This document shows, in pieces, positions 20,634 through 31,351 of a DNA stretch of 64,000 nt. The first letter of the stretch is position 1, and every line of letters begins with the position of its first letter. The position numbers were made by a program, and so were the translations under genes. The notes below the pieces were generated by a model. The model did no database searches. It worked only from the letters and a program-made list of their open reading frames with translations, and had not been told where the DNA came from. The stretch is from Naegleria gruberi. Lineage: Eukaryota. The stretch lies in assembly GCA_000004985.1 (NCBI GenBank), contig GG738845.1, one strand, 5' to 3'.

Positions 20634-22577
20634 ATGTTTGGCTCATCAGCGACGGGTAGAACATCATCTATGCAAGATGATCAACAAGAATCAAAATCAA
20701 CAACAAACGCTAACATTACAAATCTTGAAGGTGTCAAGGAAAAAGATTTGGAGGATTATAAACAAATATTAAATATTTTACTTGGAGCAGGATATTTCCG
20801 TGTTCGTATTGCATCATTAACACCTTTTGACAAAATTTTGGGAGGATTATGTTGGTGTATTAGTAATTCCTACAATGCTGATGCGGATGTAGAAATGTTA
20901 AGTTATGAAGAGGAAGCAAACATTGGTAAAAAAATTAAATTGGCAGAAAAAGTTGTTCTTGCTCTTAGAAGAATGGGTTGTACAACAGAATTAAATCCTG
21001 TACAAATTCAAGGTTTGGATTGTCCTTTCATCTTACAGGTATTTTCATGGCTTGTTAAAAAAGTTCATGAATCAAGAGAGGAAAACAAAGAAAGAATTCA
21101 AAGGTTTAGCGAACTTCAATTTTCTAGAAAGTTTGAATTACCACAAGATACTCAATCCATGCAACAATATACTCAAGCTGTACCATACTTGGAAAGTATT
21201 AAAGGATTTTATCATCCAAAGAGAAAGTTCAAACATCAACAAAGAAAACAAATCAAAAATGAATGGGGTCATGTGCAGACTGTACTTTTAGAATATGGGG
21301 TAGAATTTAAAAAAATTGAGAGATCCCAACAAGAGAAAGAAGATAAATCAAAACTAGAGAGACAATTAAGAGCCCAAAAAACAAAAGCAAATGAGCCATC
21401 AGGTAATTTGGTTGAGGATTTGGATGAAGAAACAAAGGAAAAGAAAATTCAAGAACTTAAAAAACTTGTGGAGCAAAACGAAAACTTTTACAATAATATT
21501 TCAGCTTCTGGTGCTTCTACTTTGATTAGTTTGGGTGCTCATGATATTATGAAATTAAAGGAAGAATACGATGAAAAGACCAAAGACTTTATGGATCAAC
21601 AAGAAAACTTACAAACTGATCAAACTTTACACAAAAGAAATGTTGCCCAATTAACCAAGAAAATAGAAAACCAAAAAGCGTAAGTGTATTAATAGCTTTA
21701 ACATTAAATTAATGGAAATAGTATTTACTTGAAAGCAAAGGAAGAATATAACAATGTAAAGATTGAATATGACAAGGTTGCTGAAAACTACTCAAAATTC
21801 AAAGAATATAACGAACAAATTCAAGAAAAGATCAATCAACTCAAATCTACTGTTGAAACCAGAGATGTGGATCAAACAGTCATTAAGAAATTGGAAAATT
21901 TAATTGCAACCAACGAAAGCTACAAAAAGCAAGAAACTGAATTTAAAACAGAGTGTCAACAAAAATTGAAGGAATTGAAGGAATCAATTGCAACTTTGGA
22001 ACAAGTTGTTACTGATCCAAATGATCCAATTGTTCAACTACAACAATCATATGTTAATGATATGGAAAAGATGAAAAAGATCAAAAAGTTAGCAGCCAAA
22101 AGAAACAGAGAACTTGCAATTATTCAATCTAAAATTGATGAAATCCCTTCAAGAACAGAATTATCTCAATATGAAAGAAGATTTACTGAATTGTTTACTC
22201 AGATCTCATCAAAACTCGATGAAACAAAGAAGTATTTTGTATCGTATAACACATTATCATCAACTTGCTCATTTATGGAACAAGAATTATCTTTGCTCAA
22301 TGCTATTGCTGATTTCTTCCAAAAATCAGTACAGTCCCAAGATAAGAAATATAAAACTTGGATGGTAACAACAATAAGTGACAGAGTTGAAAAGGTAAGA
22401 CAGACCAAAGAACAAGTCAACCAAAAATTAAAAGAAACTGAAAAGAAAAGAGACGATTTGCAAAATAAGTACAATGAATTGGTTTCCAAACAAAGAAATT
22501 ACTTTAGAGCTGTCAAGGAGTTCCAACATGAGATGTTAAAGAATGAAGAATTGAATAAGAGATTAAAACAACAATAA
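20634..22577 (+). CDS. CCDC93: CCDC93 (Commander/CCC complex coiled-coil protein); exons 20634..21679 and 21722..22577
   Basis: N-terminal GAGYFRVRIASLTPFDKILGGLCWCI...NPVQIQGLDCPFILQVFSWLVKK is collinear with the human CCDC93 NN-CH region. C-terminal NRELAIIQSKIDEIPSRTELSQYERRFTELF matches [31 protein letters not shown]. A 42-nt intron (GTAAGT...AAATAG, 21680-21721) joins the two ORFs. ATG lies 42 nt after the upstream gene's stop. Confidence 0.85.
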
Positions 22578-22584
22578 ACAATTG

Positions 22585-22598
22585 TTTCCCGCCAAAAC
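22585..22598 (-). promoter_or_regulatory. E2F-like GC box TTTCCCGCCAAAAC (reverse complement GTTTTGGCGGGAAA), 35-48 nt upstream of BBS4 ATG
   Basis: Lies within the 55-nt spacer between the CCDC93 stop and the BBS4 start. It is a GC-rich island in AT-rich DNA. Confidence 0.5.
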
Positions 22599-22632
22599 CA
22601 CTACAATCCTACCAAAAATAAATACAAAAAAA

Positions 22633-24000
22633 ATGAGTTCAGCATCTGTTACCAGCCCTCGTTCGAATTCACCAGGCAACAACAATATTACAGATAATCA
22701 AGATGATGAACTAACAAAGGATATAAAGGAACATCAACTTCAAACACAATCCTCAAAAGTTGAGATAAAACGACAAGTATCTGACATTGAATCTGAGAAG
22801 GAAAAGAAAAATTGGTTAATTCATGTACTGTACACTAGGCAAGATATTGAAGAATGTTTAAATACAATAGAAGAACAAATCAGAGCTTGTGAAGGAAAAT
22901 GCGAATATGCTATTTATGTTAAAGGATTGATTAAGAGACAACAAGGTGATATTACACAATCACTTCAATTATTTCAACAAGCTTGTATTTTGAACCCGAT
23001 GAATCCTCAAAATATAAAACAAGTAGGAAAGAGCTTGTTCCTTATGGGAAAATTCAAGGAAGCTATTGAAATTTATGATGAAGCCAAAAGAATTTCTCCA
23101 CAAGATTGGGAGATTTGGCATAATAAGGGTTTATGTCATGCAAATCTTGGAGATTTTGAGAAGGCTGAAGAATGTTATCAAAGATCAAATTCGATACAAC
23201 GACATGATATAACTTTTATAGAATTGGGAAAAATATTCACAATACAAGAAAGATACGAAGAAGCAATTGATATTTACTTGGAAGCATTAGACTTTTCTCC
23301 AGAAAATCCTGAACTTTTGAGCACTGTTGGTCTTCTCTATTTGAGAGTTGGTGATAATCTTAAAGCATTTGATTATCTCGGAAACTCACTCTCTCACGAT
23401 CCAACCAATCCTAAAACTATTTTGGCAACAGGCAGCATCATACAAGACCATGGAGAAATGGAAGTGGCCTTAAGTAAATACAGAATTGCTGCAAAAAAGA
23501 ATCCAAATTCTGCCCAACTTTGGAATAATATTGGCATGTGCTTTTTTGGCAAACAAGATTATGTAACTTCCATCGCTTGTTTGAAAAGAGCTTTGTATTT
23601 GGCACCATTTGAGTGGATCATTTCTTACAACTTGGGTCTTGTTCACCTCAACACTAGACAATATGCCTCTGCTTTCCATTACTTCTCAACCTCGATTAAT
23701 TTGAACCCAAATTTCGCAAGTACATACATGTATTTGGGAATAACATTGAACAGACTGGACGATTTTGAAAATGCATGCTCTGCTTATGAAAAAGCAATTG
23801 AAATGGAAGGAGATTATCTATTCGAACTGAACTATGCCATCACATTGTACAACCACCAAAATTTCGAACAATCAAGAGCCCATTTCGTTGAATTTGAAAG
23901 ACTTTTTCACGAGGCACACACAGGAGAGGATGCAGAAGAATGTGATGATGAATTTATTATGGAAGCAAGAAAAAAGTTATCGTCATTGCTTTCATCCTAA
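22633..24000 (+). CDS. BBS4: BBS4 (BBSome TPR subunit)
   Basis: KKNWLIHVLYTRQD...CEYAIYVKGLI...IKQVGKSLFLMGKFKEAIEIYDEAKRISPQDWEIWHNKGLC...LWNNIGMCFFGKQDYVTSIACLKRALYLAPFEWIISYNLGLVHL is collinear with human BBS4 over its TPR array. ATG at 22633 (MSSASV) lies 55 nt after the CCDC93 stop. Single exon. Confidence 0.9.
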   Translation: MSSASVTSPRSNSPGNNNITDNQDDELTKDIKEHQLQTQSSKVEIKRQVSDIESEKEKKNWLIHVLYTRQDIEECLNTIEEQIRACEGKCEYAIYVKGLIKRQQGDITQSLQLFQQACILNPMNPQNIKQVGKSLFLMGKFKEAIEIYDEAKRISPQDWEIWHNKGLCHANLGDFEKAEECYQRSNSIQRHDITFIELGKIFTIQERYEEAIDIYLEALDFSPENPELLSTVGLLYLRVGDNLKAFDYLGNSLSHDPTNPKTILATGSIIQDHGEMEVALSKYRIAAKKNPNSAQLWNNIGMCFFGKQDYVTSIACLKRALYLAPFEWIISYNLGLVHLNTRQYASAFHYFSTSINLNPNFASTYMYLGITLNRLDDFENACSAYEKAIEMEGDYLFELNYAITLYNHQNFEQSRAHFVEFERLFHEAHTGEDAEECDDEFIMEARKKLSSLLSS

Positions 24001-24429
24001 AGCAAGGGTAAAAATAAAAAAAATGGCCAATATTGATGAAATTGTGGTGTGTGCAGACACTCTTTTTGATTAGTAGGTAATTTAGTCAATAATTATTAAG
24101 AAAATTTTGCAAGTGAATGTGTGATTGATTTCGGAAATGATTGCGAATCTGCTTTAAACGTTTATAATACAGTGATTGTGGATGAAGAATTGTCATCAAA
24201 TGTGACAAGAAATATCGAACTTGTAAATAATGAAGGAACTCATTCTGTTAAATTGTATGTTAACAAATCATCATGATTTCTTAATATTATTTAGAAATTT
24301 CAAGAGTGACTCAGCCAGAACTCTCCGATCATCAGTGAAAGGAACTTTGGATACCATTCACCTCTCCATAGAAACCTTGTCATATTTTAACTAGTAGTTG
24401 AACAAGAATAAATATCAGCTTCAAAAAAA

Positions 24430-25518
24430 ATGTCTTCAGCAAACACGTTGAGCAATACAAAAGAATTGTTACCCAATACTGAATGTTCTGAGCACAATTC
24501 CGAACACTTAGAAAATAAGAGAAAGAATGAATGTGACCAAGAAGATGACGAACAACAAGAAGTTAAAAAGAGAAAATATCCACAGTGTGAAGTTTGTTCC
24601 TGTATTGAATCCAAATACACATGTCCTGGTTGCAGTTTGAGATATTGTTGTTTAGATTGTTTTAAAAACCATAAAACTTCATCTGGATGTTCTGGAAAGA
24701 GAGATGCAACCAAGTTTGTTGATTTAAAGGATTTTTCAGAGCAATCATTACGTAGTGACTATAACTTTTTGGAGAATCTTGACTCACAAACTATTCACTG
24801 GTCAAGAATGAGAGCTCAAGAGAAAATTGACTCACATTCCTATCAATATCATCATCCAAGAGTGAGAGAGTTACAATATAAAGCAATACAGAAAGGGATT
24901 CGAATGGAATTAATGCCCCAAGGAATGTCACGAAGAGAAAGTAACACATCCTATTTCAATAAGAAGACAGACAAGATTTTTTGGAGACTGGAATTTATAT
25001 TTGATCAAGAAATGGACAATATTACAAACAAACCTTCTCAAACAATCGAAAACCATGTTTCTGAGGATGTAAAAATCTTAGACATTATCCAAAAATACTT
25101 TGATAAGGATGTGAATGGTAGTGCAAAAACAAGAGATAAGATGCAGAAATATGCTTCACATTACGAAAAAGCAGAATGTAAGAGTGCACTATTCAAATTC
25201 TTAATTCAAGTTGAGGGCACAAGTGAAAGAATGTTTTACAATGTGAATGTGTCTCTACCTTTACGGGATGCTCTTAAGGATATGGTTATTATTGAATATC
25301 CAATTATTCATGTCATACTTTCAGAATCTGAAGAGTATAGAATAATTTCGGAAGAGGAAATAAAAGAAATGAACAAAAAGAGAGACGATAAACTCAAAGA
25401 AAAGAAGGAAAAAAGGCAAGCATTCATCGAAAAAAAGAACAAATATGAAGAGAGAATGGCAGAAAAACAAGAGAGAGAACAACAGAAAAGAAGAAATAAC
25501 CCTCAAAGAAAAAAGTAA
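24430..25518 (+). CDS. Box C/D snoRNP assembly factor Bcd1/ZNHIT6 (zf-HIT protein)
   Basis: zf-HIT CEVCSCIESKYTCPGCSLRYCCLDCFKNHK, then a BCD1-domain resemblance (DYNFLENL..., LRDALKDMVIIEYPIIHVILSE vs human LRNKVIIEYPTLHVVL). K/E-rich tail. Confidence 0.7.
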   Translation: MSSANTLSNTKELLPNTECSEHNSEHLENKRKNECDQEDDEQQEVKKRKYPQCEVCSCIESKYTCPGCSLRYCCLDCFKNHKTSSGCSGKRDATKFVDLKDFSEQSLRSDYNFLENLDSQTIHWSRMRAQEKIDSHSYQYHHPRVRELQYKAIQKGIRMELMPQGMSRRESNTSYFNKKTDKIFWRLEFIFDQEMDNITNKPSQTIENHVSEDVKILDIIQKYFDKDVNGSAKTRDKMQKYASHYEKAECKSALFKFLIQVEGTSERMFYNVNVSLPLRDALKDMVIIEYPIIHVILSESEEYRIISEEEIKEMNKKRDDKLKEKKEKRQAFIEKKNKYEERMAEKQEREQQKRRNNPQRKK

Positions 25519-25522
25519 ACAT

Positions 25523-26809
25523 TTATTTCTTTTTCTTTGGCTTTTTCTTTCCACTTGTGTCACTCTTCTTAACCAAATCTTTGACCAATTTCTTGGCACT
25601 CTTCTTTTCCTTCTTAGCTTTCAATTTTTCTTGTTTTTCCTTATTGAGTTCGAGCAATTCCTTATCATATTTCTTCTTTGGAGTTAATTCTAAGAGTTCA
25701 ATATCGTAAAACAGTGTAGCATTTGGAGGTACCTTGTCAATTACACCCTTTTCACCAAAACCCTTTTCAGGAGGTATTACTAATTCTCTTTTACCACATA
25801 CAGTCATTCCTTCAACACCAATATTGATACCCTTGATAACCTTTTTAGTTCCTAATCTGAAACTGAATGGATTTTTTCTTGTTGATCTATCGAATGTTTT
25901 TACCTTGTCTGGATCAAGTCTACCTTTGTAATAGAGTGTCACCTTGTCACCAATTTGTGCTTTTCTTCCATGACCAACAAAAACATTGGTAATTTCCACA
26001 CTCTTTCTTGTGAAAGTCTTTGGTTCAGTATGATCTTCAGCTAATCTTTCTTCTTCTTCCTTGTCAGCTTTGATTTCCTCTTGTTGCTTTTCGAATTTTT
26101 CCACTTTGGATTTTTCCCATGGTGCTAAATCTTCCTTATATTTGGTTTTCTTGAGCTTTTCAACAATTTCCTTGAAATAGTTTCTCTTTAGTCTAAAGTA
26201 TGCTTTTGCCTTGTCCTCAAAGGTTGCCTCAGGTGAAAACATAATGATTCCATGTAAATCAACACCTAAACATTTTTCCTTATTCAAGTATGGTCTTCCT
26301 TTCAATTCAAATGTAAGATTACTAATTTCTTCAGCAGAAAACATATGTTGCAATACAAATTCACTTCTTGTTGGATAAGAAAGTGTTGCCAAGACAAACT
26401 TTCTTCTTTTGTCATCATCTTGAATACACACCTGTAAGACACACCCTGGTTGTTTTTCTTTGTCCAACGATGCTTCTTCGTCTTCATGAGCCATGATTGA
26501 CTTTAATTTTTTCTTAGCCTCTTCCAATTCTTTAACTTTAGAAGGGAGAGCAATAGAATAATTATTGTCAATTTGTAAAGAACATGAAGAAATAGCCAAA
26601 GAGCAATTATTAACCTGTCCAAGAGAAAATGGTTCTTCGGTAGTGACTCTGATTCTCCATTGAAGTCTATCTTGGCTTTCTAGAAATTCTTTAATATCCT
26701 GAGATGGATGTTGCATAAAAGCTTCCTCCTTGATTTTGTTCTCCTGTTCGTATTTTGTCTTTTTTGGCTTCGGATCATTCGAAGAAGCGCTTGAAGCTGA
26801 TCGTTTCAT
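25523..26809 (-). CDS. Nucleolar FKBP-type peptidyl-prolyl isomerase (Fpr3/Fpr4/FKBP39-like): nucleoplasmin-like N-domain, acidic/basic linker, C-terminal FKBP domain
   Basis: C-terminal GDKVTLYYKGRL...FDRS...PFSFRLGTKKVIKGINIGVEGMTVCGKRELVIPPEKGFGEKG...PPNATLFYDIELLEL is a canonical FKBP fold signature. ATG at 26809. Its stop lies 4 nt from the Bcd1 stop (convergent). Confidence 0.8.
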   Translation of the reverse strand: MKRSASSASSNDPKPKKTKYEQENKIKEEAFMQHPSQDIKEFLESQDRLQWRIRVTTEEPFSLGQVNNCSLAISSCSLQIDNNYSIALPSKVKELEEAKKKLKSIMAHEDEEASLDKEKQPGCVLQVCIQDDDKRRKFVLATLSYPTRSEFVLQHMFSAEEISNLTFELKGRPYLNKEKCLGVDLHGIIMFSPEATFEDKAKAYFRLKRNYFKEIVEKLKKTKYKEDLAPWEKSKVEKFEKQQEEIKADKEEEERLAEDHTEPKTFTRKSVEITNVFVGHGRKAQIGDKVTLYYKGRLDPDKVKTFDRSTRKNPFSFRLGTKKVIKGINIGVEGMTVCGKRELVIPPEKGFGEKGVIDKVPPNATLFYDIELLELTPKKKYDKELLELNKEKQEKLKAKKEKKSAKKLVKDLVKKSDTSGKKKPKKKK

Positions 26810-27030
26810 TTTTTATTTGAACAAAGTGCAATATTTTTGTGTTGCAAGATTTGTTTCCTACATCAACAACAATTACCAGCAATTATTTAATTTTATTAAT
26901 AAATTATTGTTTTAATTATAATTATTATTTGTTATATCAAAGAACCAAGTTGAAAATAAATTTGGGATAACGGTGGCAAACCACAACCCTTAAAAAAAAT
27001 TCAATACATCATCAAATTATCCAACGATAA

Positions 27031-30000
27031 ATGAATCTAACTAAGGAAACTAAAAAACTAGTTTGGAAACAACAAATAGAAGCTAGGGGAAGTACTTGGA
27101 AAGTAAAGTGTGTTTCACTTTCGGAAAATGACTTATTAGTACTTGGTTCTGACACTGATGAACAGAGCTCACATTTATTTATTTGTGATTTGAAAAGTTT
27201 GGAGTGGTCAACAGCCCCTCTCTTCGGGGATGGTCCTAGCAATTCTGATTTTCATTTCCCAATAATATCTGAGGAAAATGAAGGCTTGTTTGTTTTTTGG
27301 ATCATGAGAGAAAAGGGATTACCTGCACTTCTTGTTGCTGATTATGAAAATGAAGGACTGACTCTTTCCAAAGGAGAACAAGTATTGTTATTTGATAGTG
27401 ATACAATGGATGACGATATGATATTGTGCATGAACAGGAAGGATAGGGTAATAGTGGCACCAAAAACACTGTTTGCAGTAGAAGAAGAAAATTCATTTTT
27501 TGAATTTTTTGAAAGATCAGAAATAGTAATTAGTTTTTTAAACTTTGCAAATGGAATGCAATGGTCAAGGATTCTAGTTGACAATGACCAGGCACCAAGG
27601 GCTAGAAGAGATTTCACCTGTACCAAGATAGATCAAAAGATTTACTTTTTTGGAGGAATTTCAGATAGTGGAATCATTCACAATGATATGTACATATTAG
27701 ATTTGAGTAGGTACTTCTTTTTTAATCTTCATCAGACATTTATCATTCAAATAGTTGATTTGAAGTGGTCTAAATGTACCTTTAAATCTGAAGATGATAA
27801 GCCAACAGCTAGATATGGTCATTCTGCAACTGTTCTAGATAGCGAATATATTCTGATATTTGGAGGAAGTGGATATGAAACAAAATTTAATGACCTGTAT
27901 CTATTTAATATTTTTAGTAAGGAATGGAGTTTGTTGGAAATTGATGAATGCCCCTTAGCGAGAAGTCATCACTCTTTTGTGAGATTGAATGAATTTATTG
28001 TTTTATTTGGAGGAGAGGGTGAAGAATCAATACTGAATGACCTATTCATTTTGGATATTGAGGAGAGTAGATGGGAGAAAATAGAAAACGATTTTAATCC
28101 ATCCCCCAGATTTAAGCATTTTTGTGGTTTGTTTTCTTCACAGGACTCTCTTGTATTTTTTGGAGGAGAGAATGGTTCAGAAAATTTATTCGATATCTAC
28201 ACACTGCATGCAGAAGATGATAATGAAGTGGAATTGATTTATTCTTCACCTAAATTGGAAATAGAAGACGAGTTTCGTCTCGAAATAAGTTCTGAAGAAA
28301 ATGACTCAACACAAGTAGAAAACGATGTTAATTGGTCAACTAACCAACCAGAGGAATACGAATTGAATAGTTACGCATTTATTGAAGAATCTGCTGAAGA
28401 AGAAGACAGAATGGACGAAATTGTATTTGAGGAAAATTCATCAACAACATCCGTTGTGGAGCAACCACAACAGTATGATCAAATGACACAAACCTCTGTT
28501 GATAGAGAAGAAGAAATTTTTGACTTTTCACACGACTTTCAAACTCACAATGAAGGTAATGACCTGGTTATTGAATTTGATACTCATGAATTTGTCGTTG
28601 AGGACGAATGCTTTCTTGAACCCACTAGCTCTCAATTGACTGAGGAAAAGGATATGTTGGAAGTAATATTTAGAAGCATATCTCTTGGAAACCCTACTAT
28701 TTCACTATTTACATTGCTAAAAATATGTAGAAACTGCAGAATAACAGAAAATTGGCTGTGTTATGATTCAATCCTTGAAACCGTCTCAAATATCTTACAA
28801 AAGAGTAAGTTATTACAATATATAATTACTACCTGTTAAAATAGCTTTAAATGGAGAGGAACAAATTGATTGCTTGGAATTCAGGAAAATAACAGCAGAG
28901 CTCTCGCAAAAGAGAAGTAAGAAACTCCAAGACACAACATTCAGCCACATGCAACTAATTGAAACTCTGTTAAAGCCTTACTACAAAACAGTTAGTAATC
29001 CAGATGATATGTTAATAGAGATTTTGTCTCCAACAATTCTCAACTTATTCACTTCTAAAAAAGAGCAGCTTCAAGAGGTGAGTAACAAAGCTTATATATC
29101 AAACTTATTTAACATTCAAAGTTGTTTTCTGTGTATTCATGTCTTAATTCAAATTCTCATTTTCCAGATACAAAGGAAGTTATGAAATCAAATAGTACAA
29201 TATCTCTAGCAGAATTTCTTTCTTTTGCAGAAACATTTGACATTACTCCCCACAAAATATCAAGAGTCCCCCTTCAAAAAACAATATTCTATAATAGTCT
29301 ACCTCCTGAAGGAAGTGAATCATTCAAAGAGAGCAAATCAAAAGGTTTAAACTATCCTCAGTTTCTAGAGTCGTTATGCAGGTTAGCAATACATATTTAC
29401 TCTCAACATCCTTTCTCTAACCTAGTCAAGACGAGTAAAGATAAAGTAGATATCTTTTTTAAACATATGGGATTTAAGGACATCTCAAAGTTCAAAGAGT
29501 TTTTAAAAAAAGCTGGTATTGGTGGTATTTCATTTAGCCCTAGCAAGAAAATAGCAACCAAAATTGCAAAACCTTCCAATTTAACAAACAGTGGAGGATC
29601 CACAAAACAAAAACCTGACCAAATTATGGAAACCAAACAAATTATTACCGATGAAATAAGAAGACAATATGTCGAAATGATCCAAAACAAATATCTTCTC
29701 AAAGAAGAGCTAGAGAATGTTTTTATGTATTACTGCTCTTTCGGAAATAGGATGAATCTAGATTTAATGAGCTCCTCCAAGTTCAAAATGTTCATTAGAG
29801 ATACTAATATATATAACTATGGTTTCAAGCAAGAGGAAGCAGATTTAATTTTCGTAAAAATATTATCAAGTACAAAGAAGAAATCTAACTTATCCCAAAA
29901 GTTGACATTTCCTCAATTTGTAGACTGTGTAAAAGAGATTGCCTCAAAACTTCGTAAGGATATAACTCCCTCTAAAGCATTTGCACAATTTTTACTTATT

Positions 30001-30476
30001 GATGTTTTACCAAAGGTCCATAGGTTAGAGAATCAAAAATATTTAGGCAATGATGAAAAGTTAAACGTTTTACTTGACAAGTTTAGAAACAATCTGCAAA
30101 AGGTTTGTAAAATACCCATTAATTCATGTTAACCTGCAAACAGCTGTTTTTATTTTATTGCAACTTGGATACTGGAGTGACTCTAAAAGAAACCATGTCC
30201 AGTAATAATTTATTCAAACTTTGTTTGGATTTTGAGATAATTCCTCTTGTATCAAAAAAAGATATTTACAAAGTTTTCAGATCACACACAAATACCGAAT
30301 TAGTTTATCACAAGTTTGAAAATTGTTTAATAGAAATTGTACATTCAGCATATGATAAGCATCCTTATAACTCTAAATACCCTTCACAAGCTGAAAAACT
30401 TGGAGCTCTTTTTCAAAAAATGGAGCTTGGAGATTGGAATATGACAAGGAAACGTTTGGAAACACAACAAGAATAA
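27031..30476 (+). CDS. Kelch-repeat beta-propeller fused to three p25-alpha/TPPP domains (about 1107 aa); exons 27031..28804, 28845..29077, 29122..30102, 30144..30476
   Basis: Kelch repeats (RYGHSATVLDSEYILIFGG..., ARSHHSFVRLNEFIVLFGG...). Downstream blocks match the p25-alpha fold pattern (ISLAEFLSFAETFDI..., FKMFIRDTNIY...LTFPQFVDCVKEIASKL, NLFKLCLDFEIIPLVSKKDIYKVF...). Three short introns of 40, 44 and 41 nt (GTAAGT..ATAG, GTGAGT..AAAG, GTTTGT..ACAG) preserve reading phase between the four ORF segments. The join between the Kelch and p25 parts is inferred from splice-phase consistency only. Confidence 0.5.
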
Positions 30477-30898
30477 AACTGTCTTTTTTTTTATGTCTCT
30501 TATCGCTGTGAGAGCAACAACTATTAAAATCAATAATAAGGCAGTTCCTCCTTTTGTTGGAAGGGAAACGGAACAGTCAAAGGTTGAAAATGGAGGAAAT
30601 ATTGTCCCAAGTAGCATTCAGTTCCTGTTTTTCATGACTGCTTTTAGTGTTCCAACTCTGAGATGATTTTTTTAGATCTCTAAAGTTCAAGGTTTCGAAA
30701 TCACAACAAGAATAAATAATTGGCCAGAAATTGCCTTAGAGTAAAAAGTTTATAAATGCTACGTGCCATGTAAAAGAGAGACATAATAATTGTAACAAGA
30801 AATAGGCTGCCACCGCACGCTTTCGTGCTTCGCAAGGTTTTGAATAAAATACGTTTCATCAAGATTAAAAAAAATATATTTATTTACCTACATAAACA

Positions 30899-31149
30899 AT
30901 GCAAGTTAGGTCAAGAAAATCGGGAGGTGTTAAACAACAAAAACTTACTGTATCAGGTTCTGATCACGGCACGATCTTGAAGACTTACTTTGGTGATGAT
31001 GATGCTCCAGGTATTAAAGTGTAAGTGGTTTACATTCTATAAATGTTTAATAATCATTTAATAGTTCCCCAACAACCGTTCTTGTTGGTAGCTTGGTTTT
31101 TATCTTCTCTGTAATTGTTCTTCACTTCTGGGGTAGATTCTTTGGATAA
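30899..31149 (+). CDS. Sec61 beta subunit (Sbh1), 68 aa; exons 30899..31020 and 31065..31149
   Basis: A 44-nt intron (GTAAGT...TAATAG) joins ...KTYFGDDDAPGIKV to SPTTVLVGSLVFIFSVIVLHFWGRFFG. This matches the Sec61beta signature (Y.ED.PGLKV.P..VLV.SL.FI.SV..LH..GK) and C-terminal TM anchor. Confidence 0.7.
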
Positions 31150-31351
31150 ATCATCAACTGAATTTACATTGTACTACTTCCATCAATTTCCTTTCTCCCA
31201 TTAATCACTAATAAACAAACTACATTATCATTGATGTATAGGATGAAGTAATATTATTTTGTAAAATAATAGTATTATTCTCTATTAATCAAAATTTAAT
31301 TGTTATTAATTCACCACTGATTAAAAAAAGAGGTAATTTTAAATTTAAAAA

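Noticed and set aside
23834-24430. Small ORFs and a TGATTGAT/CTGA-containing stretch in the 430-nt BBS4-Bcd1 spacer
   Set aside because: ORFs are under 30 codons when started at ATG; no convincing snoRNA box arrangement. Likely 3' UTR plus promoter sequence.
30384-30617. 77-aa minus-strand ORF with a hydrophobic helix (GGTALLLILIVVALTAI) between the Kelch/p25-alpha gene and Sec61 beta
   Set aside because: Overlaps the last 93 nt of the p25-alpha exon on the opposite strand and reads through an A-run. Could be a tiny tail-anchored protein, but there is no supporting homology; more likely spurious.
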